Shown here piece after piece: positions 1-11,694 of a DNA stretch of 64,000 bases. The stretch covers positions 1,112,375-1,176,374 of the forward strand of contig CAVPMX010000004.1 in NCBI GenBank assembly GCA_963706745.1. Reading direction: 5' to 3'. The translations under genes and the position numbers were made by a program. The notes under the pieces were generated by a model. It was not told where the DNA came from and did no database searches. It saw only the letters and a program-made list of their open reading frames with translations. Source of the stretch: an uncultured Actinomycetes bacterium. Its GTDB lineage: Bacteria > Actinomycetota > Acidimicrobiia > IMCC26256 > PALSA-610. Position 1 is the stretch's first letter. Each line of letters opens with the position of its first letter.

Positions 1-347
1 GACTCACCGTCGACGTAGCCCATCACGGCGAATCGGCCGCCGAGCTCGGATGCATCCGTCTCCACGTGGAGCACGTCGGGGACCGGTAGGCCGGCGGCGC
101 CGACCCTCGCCACGAGCCCGCACTCCCCCTCGATGTCGTAGGGAGGGATCACGCCGTGCTCGGGCTCCGCGCGCAGCACCCAGACCGCGGGGCCGTCGTC
201 GGTCTCGACGTCGACCCGACAGCTGAGCGACGACAGGCCGTTCGGGAACCGCTCCACCCGCACGACGCGCCGTGCACCGAGGCGCGGGGCGCGTCTGGCC
301 AGGTACTCCTCGAGCCTCTCGGCGTCAGGCACGCGCCCGCCCGCCAT
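1..347 (-). CDS. Phosphotransferase (APH/ACAD10-like kinase) family protein, runs off the window edge
   Basis: Manual translation from ATG at 347 (RBS GAGGAGG): MAGGRVPDAERLEEYL...WVLRAEPEHGVIPPYDIEGE...GLPVPDVLHVETDASELGGRFAVMGYVDG, typical APH N-lobe. Confidence 0.75.
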   Translation of the reverse strand, partial: MAGGRVPDAERLEEYLARRAPRLGARRVVRVERFPNGLSSLSCRVDVETDDGPAVWVLRAEPEHGVIPPYDIEGECGLVARVGAAGLPVPDVLHVETDASELGGRFAVMGYVDGE

Positions 348-536
348 CGCTTCCTCCTCGGTGGCGTCAGCCCCACCGCGTCGACACGGCCCCTCGCACT
401 CCGACGCGACGGCTTGACTTATCGGATTAACTTAGCGTAATAAACCTTCGGAAGGCGACGCCCGGATCGGCCGATCGCAGGCATCTTCGCAGCGGCCGTC
501 GGAGGGTCAGTCGCACGGGTAGGAGAAGGGGCCGAG

Positions 537-980
537 ATGACCACTGACTACAGCCACCACAAGGTCCACATCAACCACGACTTCGCGGTCTCGGCCGACA
601 CGCTCTGGTCGGTCGTCGGCGACTTCGCGAACCTGAGCTGGGTCCCGGCCGTCCCACGGTGCGAGTTCGAGGGCGAGGGCATCGGCATGACCAGGCGCAT
701 GTACCTCGACGACACCTACGCGATCCTGGAGCGGCTCGAGGCCCTCGACGACGCGAGCCGCACCACGTCGTACTCGATCCCCGAGAACAACCCGCTGCCG
801 TGCTCCGACTACTACGCGACCATGGAGGTCGTCGAGACGGGCCCGGGCACCTGCCGGCTCGAGTGGGGGTGCACGTTCGAACCGCTCGGCATGAGCGACG
901 CAGAGGCGACCGAGAACGTGACGCAGTTCTACTGGTCTCTGATCCCGGGAATCGAGGAGGCGGCATCGTCGGCGGGATGA
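537..980 (+). CDS. SRPBCC/polyketide cyclase-dehydrase family protein
   Basis: 147 aa; LWSVVGDFANLSWVP, GEGIGMTR, ERLEALDD motifs; RBS AGGAG. Confidence 0.85.
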   Translation: MTTDYSHHKVHINHDFAVSADTLWSVVGDFANLSWVPAVPRCEFEGEGIGMTRRMYLDDTYAILERLEALDDASRTTSYSIPENNPLPCSDYYATMEVVETGPGTCRLEWGCTFEPLGMSDAEATENVTQFYWSLIPGIEEAASSAG

Positions 981-1153
981 CCGTCGTCGAGCGCCGCGAC
1001 GCGGTACTCGCACGTGAGGCAGCGCCGCATCGCCGCCCGCAGCCTCTCGTTCTGAAGCCGGAGCTTCGCGTTCTCGGCCTCGAGGTCGGCGACCTCTCTT
1101 CGTGCTCGCGCAGCGTCGCGCATCCGCAGCACGCCCTCCCGTAGACCGGCCAT
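929..1153 (-). CDS. Small coiled-coil protein with CxxC (hypothetical)
   Basis: 74-aa ORF, GAGGAGG RBS upstream, LEAENAKLRLQNERL heptads followed by CLTC. Confidence 0.5.
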   Translation of the reverse strand: MAGLREGVLRMRDAARARREVADLEAENAKLRLQNERLRAAMRRCLTCEYRVAALDDGHPADDAASSIPGIRDQ

Positions 1154-1431
1154 CTGCAGAGACCTCCTCGCCCTCCGGCGCTCTCCGGCGCTCTCCGGCG
1201 GCCCCGGAGAGCGAGACTAGGGCCACGAGGCCCGAGGATCCGGTCCTGCCGGTCGGGACGCGGGTTGCAGGGTCTCAACTGAACACCGTAAAGTCAACTG
1301 ACTGAACGGCACTAAGTTAGGCCGCCGGACCCGAGAAGGTCGCCACGGCGAGCCGCGTCGCCCATGCTGTGCGAGTCACCCATGCTGTTCAGGTGCCGTC
1401 TGAGCCGGGAGCGGACACGAGAGACGTGAGA

Positions 1432-3099
1432 ATGGCCGAGAGATCCCAGCGATTCCCCCGCTTCGACGACACATACCGGAAGCGTTGGGTCGACGCCGGC
1501 CTCTGGACCGACCGCACCCTCCACGACCTCTTCGACGAGACCGTCGCCGAGCGCCCCGACTCGCCCGCCGTGATCACACGCGAGCAGCGCCTCACCTTCG
1601 CAGAGCTGAAGGCCTCGTCCGACGCCCTCGCAGCCGGCCTCGTCGGCGCCGGGATCGGGACCGGCGACATCGTCGCGGTGCAGCTACCCAACTGGATCGA
1701 GTTCTGCCTGCTCCAGCTTGCGCTCTCGCGGGTCGGCGCGGTCATCCAACCCACGCACATGGTCTTCCGGGAGAGAGAGCTCCGATCGCTCCTGTCGTTC
1801 TGCGGAACGGACTGTGCCGTGGTCGCCGGCGAGATCGACAGCCACGACTACGCGCAGACGCTGCGCGACCTCCGAGGCACACTCCCCCGACTGCGACGGC
1901 TGGTGATCGCACGTGGCGAGGCTCTCTCGGACGACGAAGTCACGTTCGATGCACTCGTCGACGACGGCGCGCTCCACCTCGACCGCCTCGCGGGAATCGA
2001 GGTCGACCCCGACGACGTCTTCTACCTCAACTTCACGTCGGGCACGGAAGGCAGCCCCAAGGGATTCCTGCACTCGCACAACACGCTCATCTCGACCTTC
2101 GCCGCGATGTCGAGGGCGATGGCGAGCATGGATCCCGGAGCGGTGAACCTCGCCTGCTCGCCGATGACGCACAGCTTCGGGCACTTCACCACCTATCAGT
2201 GCGCACTCGCGGGCATCCCCATGGTCCTCGTCGACAGGTACCGGCCGGCCGACGTGCTCGAGCTGATCGAGCGCGAGCGCGTCACCTCGATCTCGGGGAC
2301 TCCCGCCCACATGATCGGGATCCTCCACCACCCCGACTTCGCCCGTTACGACACCTCCAGCGTGCGCTCCGTCAGCGTCGGGGGTGCCCGCAGCTCGCCC
2401 GAGCTGATGGCCGAGCTGGAGGCGACCTGGGGCGTCAAGTCGGCCAACACCTACGGGATGGGCGAGACGATCATCCACACGCGGACGATGCCCTGGGACC
2501 CCGAGGAGAAGGCCGCCCAGTCGGTCGGGCAGCCGCTCTTCGGCGCCGAGCTCAAGATCGCCGACCCCGACAACCGAACTGTGGAGATGCCCATCGGGGA
2601 GGTCGGGGAGATCATGTTCAGGGGCCCGACGCTCTTCGTCGCATACCACGAGCAGCCCGAGCTCACGGCACAGACTCGCGACGCCGACGGTTGGTTCGCG
2701 ACCGGCGACCGCGGGTGGGTCGACGCCGACGGCTACCTCTACTTCGCCGGGCGCGCCAAAGAGGTGATCAACCGTGGCGGCACGAAGATCTACCCGAAGG
2801 CCACCGAGGACCTCCTCGCCGCCCACCCAGACATCGTCGACGCCGCGGTGGTAGGGATGCCCGACGAACGTCTCGGGGAGCTGGTCTGCGCCTACATCGT
2901 GCCCAGGGACGGGGCGGCGCCCGGAGTCGCCGATCTCCGCACCTACTTCACGCAGCAGAAGGCGATGAAGTACCTCGCACCCGAAGTGGTCATCCTCGTC
3001 GACGATCTCCCGATGACGCCGACGGGCAAGGTCGCCAAGGCGACCCTGCAGGAAGACGCAGCCAGGCGCGCCGGCCTCGACCGCGGAGACGCCGGGTGA
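1432..3099 (+). CDS. AMP-dependent acyl-CoA ligase (cyclohexanecarboxylate-CoA ligase-like)
   Basis: FTSGTEGSPKG, YGMGE, TGDRG, GRAKEVINRGG, LPMTPTGKV motifs. Confidence 0.9.
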   Translation: MAERSQRFPRFDDTYRKRWVDAGLWTDRTLHDLFDETVAERPDSPAVITREQRLTFAELKASSDALAAGLVGAGIGTGDIVAVQLPNWIEFCLLQLALSRVGAVIQPTHMVFRERELRSLLSFCGTDCAVVAGEIDSHDYAQTLRDLRGTLPRLRRLVIARGEALSDDEVTFDALVDDGALHLDRLAGIEVDPDDVFYLNFTSGTEGSPKGFLHSHNTLISTFAAMSRAMASMDPGAVNLACSPMTHSFGHFTTYQCALAGIPMVLVDRYRPADVLELIERERVTSISGTPAHMIGILHHPDFARYDTSSVRSVSVGGARSSPELMAELEATWGVKSANTYGMGETIIHTRTMPWDPEEKAAQSVGQPLFGAELKIADPDNRTVEMPIGEVGEIMFRGPTLFVAYHEQPELTAQTRDADGWFATGDRGWVDADGYLYFAGRAKEVINRGGTKIYPKATEDLLAAHPDIVDAAVVGMPDERLGELVCAYIVPRDGAAPGVADLRTYFTQQKAMKYLAPEVVILVDDLPMTPTGKVAKATLQEDAARRAGLDRGDAG

Positions 3100-4014
3100 G
3101 GGTCGGCCTCGGCTGGGAGACCACGGGCGACGACGCCGGCGCTGCATGGCAGCACGTCGTCGCCGAGGCGGTCGCCGCCGACGGACTCGGGTACGACAGC
3201 GTCTGGATCCGGGAGTCTCGAGACCTGCCCGCGTCGGTCTCCTCGCCGGCGGTCTTCCTCACCTACCTCTCACGCCTCACGAAGACCGTGCAGCTGCGAG
3301 CCGTCCGCCTCCTCACCCACGCGAACCCCGTGCGTGTGGCGGAGGAGATGGCGGTGCTCGACGTCTTCTCTCGCGGTCGCGCCGGCCTCGCGCTCGCCGC
3401 TGCCGCGCCGCAGAGGGCGACGGCCTCTCTCCTCCACGAGACCCACGACTTCGTGACGGCTGCGTGGGCTCTCGACGAGATCCGCTATCGCGGCGAGCAC
3501 ATCAGGTTCCCGTCTCACACTCCCGACGACGCGCCTCGCGGGGCGACGACACCAGCTCCCGGCGGACGCTACGTGCCGCAGTGGGAGCGCGGCCCCGCCA
3601 CGTCGGACTACCTCGCGATCACTCCGAAGCCGTACGCGTCGATGCCGCCCACGAACGTCGACATCTCCGACGACGAGACCCTGGAGTGGGCGGCACGATC
3701 AGGGGTCTCGCCCCTCGTCCCGGCGACTACCCCCACCGAGGAGGCCGTCGAGCAGCTCTCGCGCTACCGCGGAGTCGCCGACGCCGCCGGGCGCCGGCGG
3801 GCGGAGGTCGAGCCGGTGATCGAGAGGTACATCGCAGTCGATGGCGCAGAAGACCCCGTTACGCTCGGCGGCCGGCCGGCCGCGCTCGTCGAGCGGATCC
3901 GAGAGGTCGCGCTCGCGAGCGTGCGCGACCCACCTCGTGTGGAGGCGGCGTGGGCCCGGCGACGGCGACCTCTTCCGCTTCGCCACCGAGGTGCAACCCC
4001 TCCTACAAGCATGA
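3096..4014 (+). CDS. Luciferase-like (LLM) flavin-dependent oxidoreductase, degenerate subunit; frameshift near 3925
   Basis: GTG overlaps upstream stop; ADGLGYDSVW, NPVRVAEEMAVLDVFSRGR; C-terminus FATEVQPLLQA* in another frame. Confidence 0.75.
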
Positions 4015-4031
4015 GCGAGTAGAGGAGAACC

Positions 4032-5026
4032 GTGGAGTTCTGGACCGGGGCGATGGGCATCACGAAGATGCGCACGATGCCGTCGTCGCTCGCCAACGGC
4101 TACGACGTCTTCGTCAACGACGCCATGCACGCCGAGGCACTCGGCTTCCACGCGTACGGCGCCCCCGAGCACCACTTCACCTACGACGGCTTCCTCCCGT
4201 TCCCATTGGAGGCACTCGCCGCCGCGGCCGCCGTCACGTCGAAGATCCGACTCGTGACCGGCGCGATGCTCCAGACCCTCTACGACCCGCTGGAGGCCGC
4301 CGAGCACGCGGCGACCCTCGACGTCCTCTCCGGTGGGCGCGTCGTGCTCGGCCTCGGGATGGGGTACCGGCCCATAGAGTTCGACGGCATCGGCACCGCG
4401 AAGCGGACACGCGGCAAGCGGCTGCGGGAGGCCATGGACGTGCTGAGATCGGCGACCTCCGAAGACGTCTTCACCCACGAGGGCGAGCACTACCGGTACG
4501 ACTCGGTCAGCCTCGCACCCGACTCCCGTTCGGCGACCGATGGAGATGTGGTTCTGTGGCGGCACCTCGGAGGCGGCGGCGCAGCGCGCCGGAAGGGCGG
4601 GCCTCCCCTACTGGCTCGCGAACTCCCCATTCGAGCGGACGCGGACGATCGTCGAGGAGTACCGCCGCGCGGGCCGCGAGGCGGGGCACCCCGAGGAGCG
4701 CCTCAGAGTCGCGTCCTTCAAGGACGTCTTCATCGGCGAGACGGCCGAGGAGGCCCAGGGCCTCCGACAGATGATGATCGACGCCTTCTACGCCGAGCAC
4801 ATCCTCGGCTACGGATACCTCGTCGACGACGACGGCACGCAGGTCTACAACCCGTCGGAGGACCATCCCGATGTACCGGCGATTCGTCGACAGCCTCTTC
4901 TGCGGGACCCTCGACCAGGTGCTGGAGGAGCTGCAGCGCTACGCGGACCTCGGCATCGAGGCGGTCTTCCTGCCGTCGTTCCAGAGAGAGCTGATCGCGT
5001 CCCGGATCATCCCCGAGCTCGGGTAG
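4032..5026 (+). CDS. LLM-class flavin-dependent oxidoreductase (frameshifted)
   Basis: PEHHF, DPLEAAEHAATLDVLSGGRVVLGLGMGYR; continues in ORF 4540..5115 and returns to the first frame. Confidence 0.85.
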
Positions 5027-5031
5027 CGACG

Positions 5032-6251
5032 ATGGACCTGAGCTTCTCCCCGGACGACGAGCGGTACCGGGACGCGCGTGCGCGCCTGGCTCGAGGCCCA
5101 CGCCTCCACTCGTGACGTCGCCGCAGGCGTCATGCGAGGCGCCGGCGCGTCGAACATCATGGAGGCGCTCCAGGCCGCGCGAGACTGGCAGCGGACCCTC
5201 TGGGAGGCGGGCTACGTCGGCCTCTCGTGGCCGCAGGAGTACGGCGGCCAGGACGCCTCCTTCACCGAGCAGGTGATCCTCGCCGAAGAGCTATCGCGCG
5301 TGCGCACACCACCGCTGATCAACACGATCGGGCTGACGATCCTCGGACCGACGCTCATACGTCACGGCAGCGACGAGCAGCGCCGCCGCTTCCTACCACG
5401 CATCCTCGCCGCGGAGGACCTCTGGTGCCAGGGGTTCAGCGAGCCCGGAGCCGGGAGCGACCTCGCCTCGCTCGCGCACACGGGCCGAGGTCGACGGCGA
5501 CCACCTGGTGGTCACCGGGCAGAAGGTGTGGACCAGCATGGCCCCGATCGCCGACTGGTGCTTCATGCTCGTGCGCACCGATCCCGACGCACCGAAGCGC
5601 GAGGGCATCAGCTACCTGCTCTGCGAGATGAACACCCCTGGCGTCACGGTCCGGCCGCTGCGCAACGCGGCGGGCGGCATCCACTTCAGCGAGGTCTTCT
5701 TCGACGGAGCGCGCGGTACCCATGAGCGGCCTCGTCGGAGGCTCTGACACGGTGGCTGGCAGATCGCCCGCACCACTCTCGGAGCACGAGAGGAGCGGCC
5801 TCTCGTCGGTGCTCGCGCTCGAGGAGACCCTCGGCCGCGTCATCTCGCTGGCCGAGCGGGTCGAACGCATCCGGGGCGGCCTGCCGATCGACGACCGGTC
5901 ACTGCGCCGGGACGCTCGCGCAGACGGTGGATCGAGGTCGAGGGCCTGCGGCACCTCGGCTACCGCACTCTCAGCGCACAGATCTCGGGCCGCGGCAGCC
6001 TCGGTCGTCGTCGTCGGTCGGCAAGCTCTTCGCGTCGGATCTGAGGCAGCGCCTCGCCCACCTCGCGCTCGAGATCGAGGGGCCGCTCGCGCCGGTTGCG
6101 ACGCCGGTCTCCCCACGTCGTCGACCGGGGCCGTTGGCACGCCGCATACTTCGACGCCCTCGGCCACAGCATCGGCGGGGGTACCAGCGAGATCCTCCAC
6201 AACACGATCGCGGAGCGGGTCCTCGGGCTCCCGCGGTCGGTGCAGGACTGA
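5032..6251 (+). CDS. Acyl-CoA dehydrogenase, FadE26/FadE29-type subunit (frameshifted)
   Basis: WCQGFSEPGAGSDLASL, GQKVWTS, FSEVFFD, IGGGTSEI...IAERVLGLPR spread across frames. Confidence 0.85.
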
Positions 6252-6252
6252 C

Positions 6253-7399
6253 GTGGACTTCGAGCTCGGCGACGAGCAGATCGCGCTCGCCGAGTCGGCG
6301 CGCGGGCTTCTCGCGAGCGCGGTGGAACGCCGGACACGCTCGCGCCGCGATCGACATCCACTCCGCGTCGGTACCCGGACGGCACTCTGGCACGAGATGG
6401 CCGGCCTCGGCTGGATCGGGATCGCCGCATCCGAGGCGTCCGGGGGCAGCGGGGCCGACGTGATGACGGCGTGCGTCATCGCGATCGAGGCCGGGCGTGC
6501 GCTGCTCCCCTCGACACTGGCCTCGGTGACCGTCGCAGCGATGGCGATCGACCGAGCGGGCGACTCCCATCTCCGCACCTCGGTTCTTCCCCGCCTCCTG
6601 TCGGGTGCCGGCCGCGCCGTCTGCGCCGTCGAGGAGCCCGGGGGGTCGTGGGGCCCGCGACGCGGTGCGACCCTGCACGCCTCGGAGTCGGGCGACGACT
6701 GGCACCTCACCGGCATCAAGATCCTCGTCCCCGACACCGAGGGCGCCGACACTCCTCCTGGTCGCCGCCCGCACACCGCACGGACTCGGTCTCGTCGCCG
6801 TCCCCACCGACGCGCCCGGCGTCACCATCACGCCGATGCGGCGCCTCGACGCGCAGTCGATCGCCGAGGTCGGCTTCGAGGGGACGCCGGTCGACCCCGG
6901 TGCCCTCCTCGGCGGACCCGGCGGCTGCGAGTCGATCCTGCGCGACACCTACGACATCTGGACCGTGATCTGCGCCGCCGACCTCCTCGGGGTCGACCGA
7001 GGCCGTGCTCGAGGCGACCACCGACTACGCGAAGGAGCGCGTGCAGTTCGACCGGCCGATCGGGAGCTTCCAGGCCGTCGCACACCGCCTCGCCGACATC
7101 CTGCGTCGACTGCCGAGATCGCGCGCAGCCTGCTCTACGCGGCCTGCCTCGCGATCGACGAGGGCAGCGACAACGCCCCGCTGCTCGTCTCCGCGGCGAA
7201 GGCCTGGGCGGGCGACACCGCGGTCGCTGCGGCGGAGCGCGCCGTGAAGCTCCACGGCGGCATCGGCTTCACCTGGGAGCTCGACCTGCACCTGTACCTC
7301 CGCCGCGCACATGCGTCCGCGGCGTCGTCTCGGCGACGCCGACTTCCACCGCGACCGCATCGCCGACTCCCCGGCCGTCGCCGGTCGCACGAGAGGTGA
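6253..7399 (+). CDS. Acyl-CoA dehydrogenase, FadE27/FadE28-type partner subunit (frameshifted)
   Basis: MDFELGDEQ start, RVQFDRPIGSFQAVAHRLAD, HGGIGFTWELDLHLYLRRA. Confidence 0.85.
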
Positions 7400-7402
7400 C
7401 AC

Positions 7403-9425
7403 GTGACCTCCGCGGCGGACCCGGGCGCGAGAGGCACCGCCGACGACGGCGCCCACTTCCCGCTGCTCTTCGCGCCTCTGCGGGTCGGGCCGATCGAGGT
7501 CCCCAACCGCATCTGCGAGACGACCAACTCGATAGGCGCCGGCGCGACACCGGGATTCCCCGACGACGCCTTCATCGCACACCACGTCGCCAAGGCGCGG
7601 GCGGCACCGGATGGATCGGCGGCGAGACGTTCGTGCTCGACACCCCGCTCCCGGCCGAGGCCGCCGACGAGTTCTTCCCCGGAGCGGCCGCCATACGCAT
7701 TCCCGCTCTACGCCATGCCCGGCTTCGTCGAGCAGAACGCCCGGTACATCGACGCGGTCCACGAAGCCGGTTCGGTGGCCGTCTGCCAGCTGACGCACCT
7801 GAACCACACCGTCGCCGCGTCGTCGGTGCCACTCGTCGAGGCGTACGACTGGGTGCCGCACTCGCTCGACGACGCCGAGATCCATCAGATCATCGCCACA
7901 TACGCCGCAGCCGCAGCCGCACTCTCCGAGGCCGGCGCCGACGGGATCGAGATCCACTGCGCCCACGAGACGCTCCCGCAGTCCTTCCTCTCACCGGCCC
8001 TCAACCTGCGTACCGATCGGTGGGGCGGCGACGCGGAGGCCCGCACGCGATTCGTGACCGAGGTCGTGACGGCCGTGCGCTCGCGGATCGGCGACGGCCT
8101 GGCGATCGGGCTGCGGATCTGCGGCATGGAGCACCGCGAGGGGGATACGACCTCCTCGGCATGCGCGAGATGATCTCCCTGATCGCCGGGAGCGTCGCTC
8201 TCGACTTCGTGAGCGTCGACGTCGGCCACTCCTGGGGCACACCCTACGTGCAGCCCTCGTATCACGAACCGGCCGAGCACCGCGAGGTCGCGCCGCGCCA
8301 TCCGCGCCGACGTCGCACCCGTGCCGGTCCTCTTCTCGGGCCGCGTGAACGACCCGGTGGTCGCCGAAGACCTGATCCGCTCCGGGGTCTGCGACCTGGT
8401 GGGGATGACGCGGGCGGGGATCGCCGACCCGGAGTTCGCCGACAAGGCGCGCTCCGGCCGCCTCGGGGAGATCCGGCGATGCATCGGATGCAACCGTTGC
8501 ATCGCCGAGTCGATCGACACCACCACGCCGGCGATGTTCCACCGACCTGTCTGCTCCGTGAACCCCGCGATCGGTATCGAGGTCGAGTGGGACCTCACCT
8601 TCCTGCCCGCCCCCGTGGCACGACGCGTGGTGGTCGTAGGCGGCGGACCGGCCGGCCTGGAGGTGGCTCGCGTCGCCGCCGAGCGCGGCAACGATGTGAT
8701 CCTCCTGGAGCGCGACACGGCCCTCGGCGGACAGGTCCGTCTCGCCGCGCGCGCCCCGGGCGCGACGCGTTCGAGGACTTCATCGACTTCGAGGAGCGGA
8801 GACTGAGCGCACTCGGGGTGCGAGGTGCACCTCGCTACCGCGGCCACCGCCGACGCGGTGCTCGCACTCGAGCCCCAGTCAGTCGCGTGCGCCGACCGGG
8901 TCGCGGCCGCGCATGCCCGACACCCCCGGCGTCGGGGCGGAGCACGTCGTAACCGGATGGGACGCACTCGCGGGACGAGCCGAGGTGGGTGAACGCGTCG
9001 CGGTCGTCTCCCAGGAGGACCACTTCGAGACCCCCGGCGTCGCCGACCACCTCGCCACCTCCGGGCGCAGCGTCGAGATCTTCCACAAGTGGACCAGTGT
9101 CGGGAGCGCGATCGACCGCTACTCGATCGGCCCCGTGATGCGACGGCTCACCGCGCACGGAATACCGATCCACACCGGACTCCGCCTCGCGGAGGTCGAC
9201 GGATCGACGCTCGCCTTCCTCTCGGCGTTCACCGGGGAGGCCACGACCTTCGAGGGCTTCGACACCGTCGTCCTCGTCTACGGATCGGTCCCCGACGACC
9301 GCCTGTACCGCCACCTGCGTGCAGCCGGCTCCGTCGAGCGGCTCTACCTCGTAGGGTCGGCATGGGTCCCCCGCCGCCTCGCAGAGGCCACCCGACACGG
9401 CGCCCGAGTGGGCATGGAGGTCTGA
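7403..9425 (+). CDS. NADH:flavin oxidoreductase (OYE TIM barrel + 4Fe-4S + FAD; FadH/BaiH-like), frameshifted
   Basis: GADGIEIHCAH, NLRTDRWGG, CIGCNRC, VVGGGPAGLE across ORFs 7403, 8321 and 8913. Confidence 0.85.
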
Positions 9426-9428
9426 CCG

Positions 9429-10409
9429 TTGCCCGAGCTCACCGACTACCCGACGATCGACGTGATGAACCACCTGCTCGAGGTCCGCAGCGGCCTCGCC
9501 GGGAACCCGTTCGCCTTTCGCGAGTTCCAGATCATGCTCGAGACGACGTTCAAGGCGCTCGGCAAGCCGCGGCCGCCTGTCGCACCGCGCGACGTCGAGG
9601 CGCCCGGCGACGCCGACGCCGACGCCGGCTCGGACTCCCACAGCCGACAGCGGCGCGGCTCGGGAGGCATGCTCTCGGGCCACGCCACGACCGCCGAGTG
9701 CCTCACCGACATGGACGCGCTCGGCTACACGCACATCTCGGTCTGCGCCACGAAGATGTGGTCGTACTACTACCACCGCGACTTCATCATGGACTACCCG
9801 ATCGAGCCGGTCGCAGAGGCAGTCGCGGAGTCGGGTGGCCGAATCATCGGGACCGCGAGCTACGACCCGTTCCGGATCACCGAGAGCTGTGCGGAGATCG
9901 AGGTGGCCGTCAAGGAGCACGGATTCCGCTACGTGTGGTTCCACCCGCTCTCCTACGGACTGCCGCCGAACGACCGACGCTTCTACCCGCTCTACGCGAA
10001 GTGCGTGGAGCTCGGCATCCCCGTGGGGTTCCAGGTAGGGCAGTCGGCCGAGGTGCTCCCGTCCAACTGCGGCAGGCCGATGCTCGCCGACGACGTCGCC
10101 ATCGAGTTCCCCACGCTGCGCATCAACCTCTCGCACACGGGATGGCCCTGGGTCGACGAGTGGTGCTCGATGCTGTGGAGGCACCCGAACGTGTACGGCG
10201 ACATCTCTGCGTACTACCCGCACAGCCTCGACGACCGCCTGGTGCGCTTCATGGACTCCTCCCGCGGCCGCGACAAGGTCCTCTTCGGAACGAACGGCCT
10301 GGGCCTCGAGCGCTGCAAGGCGGAGTTCATCGAGCTCGCGATCTCCGAGGAGACGAAGCGGATGGTCCTGCACGACAACGCCGTGCGCTTCTTCGGCCTC
10401 GACGACTGA
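9429..10409 (+). CDS. Amidohydrolase_2 family protein
   Basis: YPLYAKCVELGIPV, FPTLRINLSHTGWPW, PNVYGDISA, KVLFGTN. Confidence 0.85.
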   Translation: MPELTDYPTIDVMNHLLEVRSGLAGNPFAFREFQIMLETTFKALGKPRPPVAPRDVEAPGDADADAGSDSHSRQRRGSGGMLSGHATTAECLTDMDALGYTHISVCATKMWSYYYHRDFIMDYPIEPVAEAVAESGGRIIGTASYDPFRITESCAEIEVAVKEHGFRYVWFHPLSYGLPPNDRRFYPLYAKCVELGIPVGFQVGQSAEVLPSNCGRPMLADDVAIEFPTLRINLSHTGWPWVDEWCSMLWRHPNVYGDISAYYPHSLDDRLVRFMDSSRGRDKVLFGTNGLGLERCKAEFIELAISEETKRMVLHDNAVRFFGLDD

Positions 10410-10446
10410 ACAACCGAGACAGACGACCAAGAGAGAAGGTAGGGCG

Positions 10447-11694
10447 ATGCCGCTCCACGAAGGTGAGATCTGGGGAGAGATCACGCAGGCGAGCCTCGAC
10501 CGGCTCCTCGAGCGTCGCGGCGTGGCGCGAGAGGAACGCGGGACGATGTTCCGCCTGAACCGGTCCGACTCCGACCCGGATGCATGGCGACCGACGATGG
10601 CGAACTTCGCCGTCTCGAAGGAGACGAACGGGCGCCTCGCGCGTGGGATCGGCGACCTGAACCCCATGTACCTCGACGACAAGTACGCGAAGGCCTCGAT
10701 CTGGGGCGGCATGATCGCTCCTCCTGCATCCCTGTGCTGGACGGAGACGGTCAACGGCGCCACCGACGGCTTCCCCGGCTGCCACACGATCTGGCGCGGA
10801 GTCGAGTACGAGTGGGAGCGCCCCCTCTTCGCCGGCGAGCCGATCGGGTCGCGCACCTACCTGGTCGACGCCGAGATCATCCGCAGCGACTTCGCCGGCG
10901 GTGACGCCGCCGTGCAGCGCTACGAGACCGAGGCGTACACCCTCGGCGGCGACTACATCGGCTCGTACAGGACGTCGTGGCAACGCTTCTCACGCAACCG
11001 CGCGAAGTCGTCGTCGAAGTACGCGGGTGTGGAGCGCCACCAATGGACCGACGACGAGCTCGAGGCGGTGTGGGAGGAGTACCGGACCCACAACTTCGCG
11101 AATCGTCGAGGCACCGAGCCCCTCTACTTCGACGACGTCACCGTCGGCGAGGAAGTGCCGCACATCATCAAGGGCCCGATCACGCTCACCAGCAAGATCG
11201 CCTTCGAGATGGCCTTCGGAGCGATCGGGTGGTTCGTCGGGCACGAGCTCGCCATGGAGCTGTGGGAGGTGGCGCCACGACTCCCGATCCGCAACGAGGA
11301 GAACGTGCCGGAGCCACCCGTCGCAATCCACTGGACGAACGAGCGCTGCCAGAAGTACCTCGGAATGCCAGGTGCCTACGAGGCGGGCTTCGAACGTCTC
11401 AACTGGCTGACGCAGATGCTCATGTCGTGGTGCGGCGACCACGGGATGTTGAGAAAGCTGGGGCTCGCGTTCAAGGGCTTCCACTGGCAGGGCGACGCGG
11501 TGAGGCTCTTCGCCAAGGTGACCGGCAAGCGCCAGGAAGCCGGCCAGAACCTCATCGACCTGGAGGTCTGGACGATGTCGCACCCCCGGGGTGACCGCAC
11601 CTCTGAGGGGACGGCCGTCATCGAGCTCCCCTCGCGCGAGGCCGGCACCGAGATCTGGCCGCGGGCAGGCGCGGGGATCGAGGCGGGCGCGTGA
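10447..11694 (+). CDS. Double hot-dog (MaoC/FAS1-like) dehydratase/hydratase
   Basis: GIGDLNPMYLDDKYAKASIWGGMIAPP; second domain LYFDDVTVGEE...AIHW...GMPGAYEAG. Confidence 0.8.
   Translation: MPLHEGEIWGEITQASLDRLLERRGVAREERGTMFRLNRSDSDPDAWRPTMANFAVSKETNGRLARGIGDLNPMYLDDKYAKASIWGGMIAPPASLCWTETVNGATDGFPGCHTIWRGVEYEWERPLFAGEPIGSRTYLVDAEIIRSDFAGGDAAVQRYETEAYTLGGDYIGSYRTSWQRFSRNRAKSSSKYAGVERHQWTDDELEAVWEEYRTHNFANRRGTEPLYFDDVTVGEEVPHIIKGPITLTSKIAFEMAFGAIGWFVGHELAMELWEVAPRLPIRNEENVPEPPVAIHWTNERCQKYLGMPGAYEAGFERLNWLTQMLMSWCGDHGMLRKLGLAFKGFHWQGDAVRLFAKVTGKRQEAGQNLIDLEVWTMSHPRGDRTSEGTAVIELPSREAGTEIWPRAGAGIEAGA

Noticed and set aside
1171-1200. Three copies of a 10-bp unit (ctctccggcg)
   Set aside because: Short, low-complexity GC repeat with no supporting context.
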